From an uncultured delta proteobacterium (GTDB taxonomy: Bacteria; Myxococcota_A; Polyangia; Polyangiales; Polyangiaceae), in contig CAWAIF010000002.1 of NCBI GenBank assembly GCA_963782055.1, positions 1 to 64,000 of the forward strand: DNA of 64,000 nt. The letters are read 5' to 3'. Every line of letters begins with the position of its first letter. Within the stretch, counting starts at the first letter, position 1. Both the position numbers and the translations under genes were made by a program. Positions 62,794-64,000 of this stretch are shown in pieces. Under the pieces are notes generated by a model that saw only the letters and a program-made list of their open reading frames with translations, searched no databases and was not told the DNA's origin.

Positions 62794-63957
62794 ATGCGCC
62801 TTCGACGCTCACACTTCCTCTGCTTCGTCCTCACCCTCGCGCTCGCCACCCCGGCGATGGCCGCGCACAAGAAGACCGTGCGCGCCGAGCTGCCCGCCGC
62901 CGCGCGGGCGAACTGGGACAACGCGAACACCCTCTCCGGCCAGCAGGACTGGCTCCGCGCGCGCGACGAGTTCCTGCGCGCCTACGAGATCTCCAAGAAC
63001 CCGCGTGTCCTGCTCAACGTCGCGGTCTGCGAGAAGAACCTGCACCACTACCACAAGGCCGCCGAGTACCTGCGGCGCGAGCTGGGGGAGGGCGCGGGCA
63101 CCCTGCCGAAGGACGAGGTGGAGGCCGCCAAGGGGGCGCTGAGCGCGCTGGACGCGCTGGTGACGACGCTGGAGATCACCGTGAGCGAGCCCGGCGCGGA
63201 GGTGCGCGTGGACGACGACGTCGTCGGCACCTCACCGCTGGACGGCCCCGTCCCGATCGACACCGGCCCGCACACCGTCAAGATCACCAAGGCGGGCTTC
63301 CTGCCGGCGCGGCGCAAGATCGACGCGGTGAGCAACCGGCCGGAGCACCTCACGGTGAAGCTGGACCCCGCGGTGCGCACCGCCCACGTCACCGTCTCGG
63401 TCACCGGCCCGGCGCACGCCGTGGTGCTGCTGGACGGTCGCGACGTCGGAAACGCCCCCTTCGACGCCGACGTGCAGGAGGGGCCGCACGTCTTCGAGGC
63501 GCGCGCCGACGACTGGGTCACCGGGCGGCGCGAGGTGAAGGTCGTCTACCACACGCCGCTCTCGCTGGAGATCGCCCTCTCGCGGCGCCGTCACGAGGGC
63601 ATCCTCCACGTGACCACCCACCCGGTGGGCGCGCTCATCGAGCTGGACGGCAAGACCGTCGGGGAGTCCACCTGGGAGGGCCCCGTCGCCTCCGACTCCA
63701 GCCACCAGCTCGTCGTGAAGAAGGACGGTTACTACACGCGCATCCTGGAGGTCACCGTCGGCGACGACAAGCGCCGCGACATGCCCGTCTCCCTCGACAC
63801 CGCCAAGACGTGGATCTGGTGGGCGGCGGGCGCCGTGGCGATCGTCGCCGGTGGCATCGTCGCCAGCGCATTCATCTTCGCCGCGCCCGGGCACGACCCC
63901 GTCCCGGGCACACTCGCCGCAGGGCGCGGCTGGGGCCTTACCAACGTTCACTTCTAG
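62794..63957 (+). CDS. TPR plus PEGA-domain secreted protein
   Basis: Signal peptide ..PAMA. Three PEGA-like units (GAEVRVDD..VG.SPL..G.HTVKITKAGF) and a C-terminal WWAAG TM segment. Confidence 0.9.
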   Translation: MRLRRSHFLCFVLTLALATPAMAAHKKTVRAELPAAARANWDNANTLSGQQDWLRARDEFLRAYEISKNPRVLLNVAVCEKNLHHYHKAAEYLRRELGEGAGTLPKDEVEAAKGALSALDALVTTLEITVSEPGAEVRVDDDVVGTSPLDGPVPIDTGPHTVKITKAGFLPARRKIDAVSNRPEHLTVKLDPAVRTAHVTVSVTGPAHAVVLLDGRDVGNAPFDADVQEGPHVFEARADDWVTGRREVKVVYHTPLSLEIALSRRRHEGILHVTTHPVGALIELDGKTVGESTWEGPVASDSSHQLVVKKDGYYTRILEVTVGDDKRRDMPVSLDTAKTWIWWAAGAVAIVAGGIVASAFIFAAPGHDPVPGTLAAGRGWGLTNVHF

Positions 63958-64000
63958 GAGACGCGACGACGATGACCCCCTTCACCTTGCGCACGACGGC

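Overview
High-GC bacterial DNA whose gene content points to a myxobacterium of the Polyangiaceae/Sorangiineae type (Ser/Thr kinase-PEGA modules, MYXO-CTERM-like tail, Cys-rich lipoproteins; inference). The window has two parts. (1) Bases 1 to ~26,440 are the right arm of a decaying genomic island ending at a duplicated tRNA-Ser-like 3' end (26417-26440). The island carries three IS66-family elements (two complete with exact 8-bp target duplications), IS91- and IS21-family relics, an IS-interrupted lipoprotein-anchored teneurin-like Rhs toxin plus immunity gene, two paralogous Ig-like/RCC1 lipoproteins and a four-gene operon led by a Lon-less RadA-like ATPase. It also holds the best candidate for a new system: a translationally coupled pair made of a pseudo-Sir2/P-loop NTPase/helical-repeat/OB-fold protein (frameshifted by a 7-bp tandem duplication) and an NtrC-like AAA+ domain fused to an OLD-type TOPRIM nuclease. 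(2) Bases 26,516-64,000 are core-like genome: kinases, DNA methyltransferase, radical SAM protein, RpoH-like sigma factor, coaX, tsaD, acyl-CoA carboxylase beta subunit and transporters, with a REP-like palindromic repeat family. No CRISPR array, rRNA or complete tRNA was seen. All family calls come from motif recognition by eye; no database searches were run.
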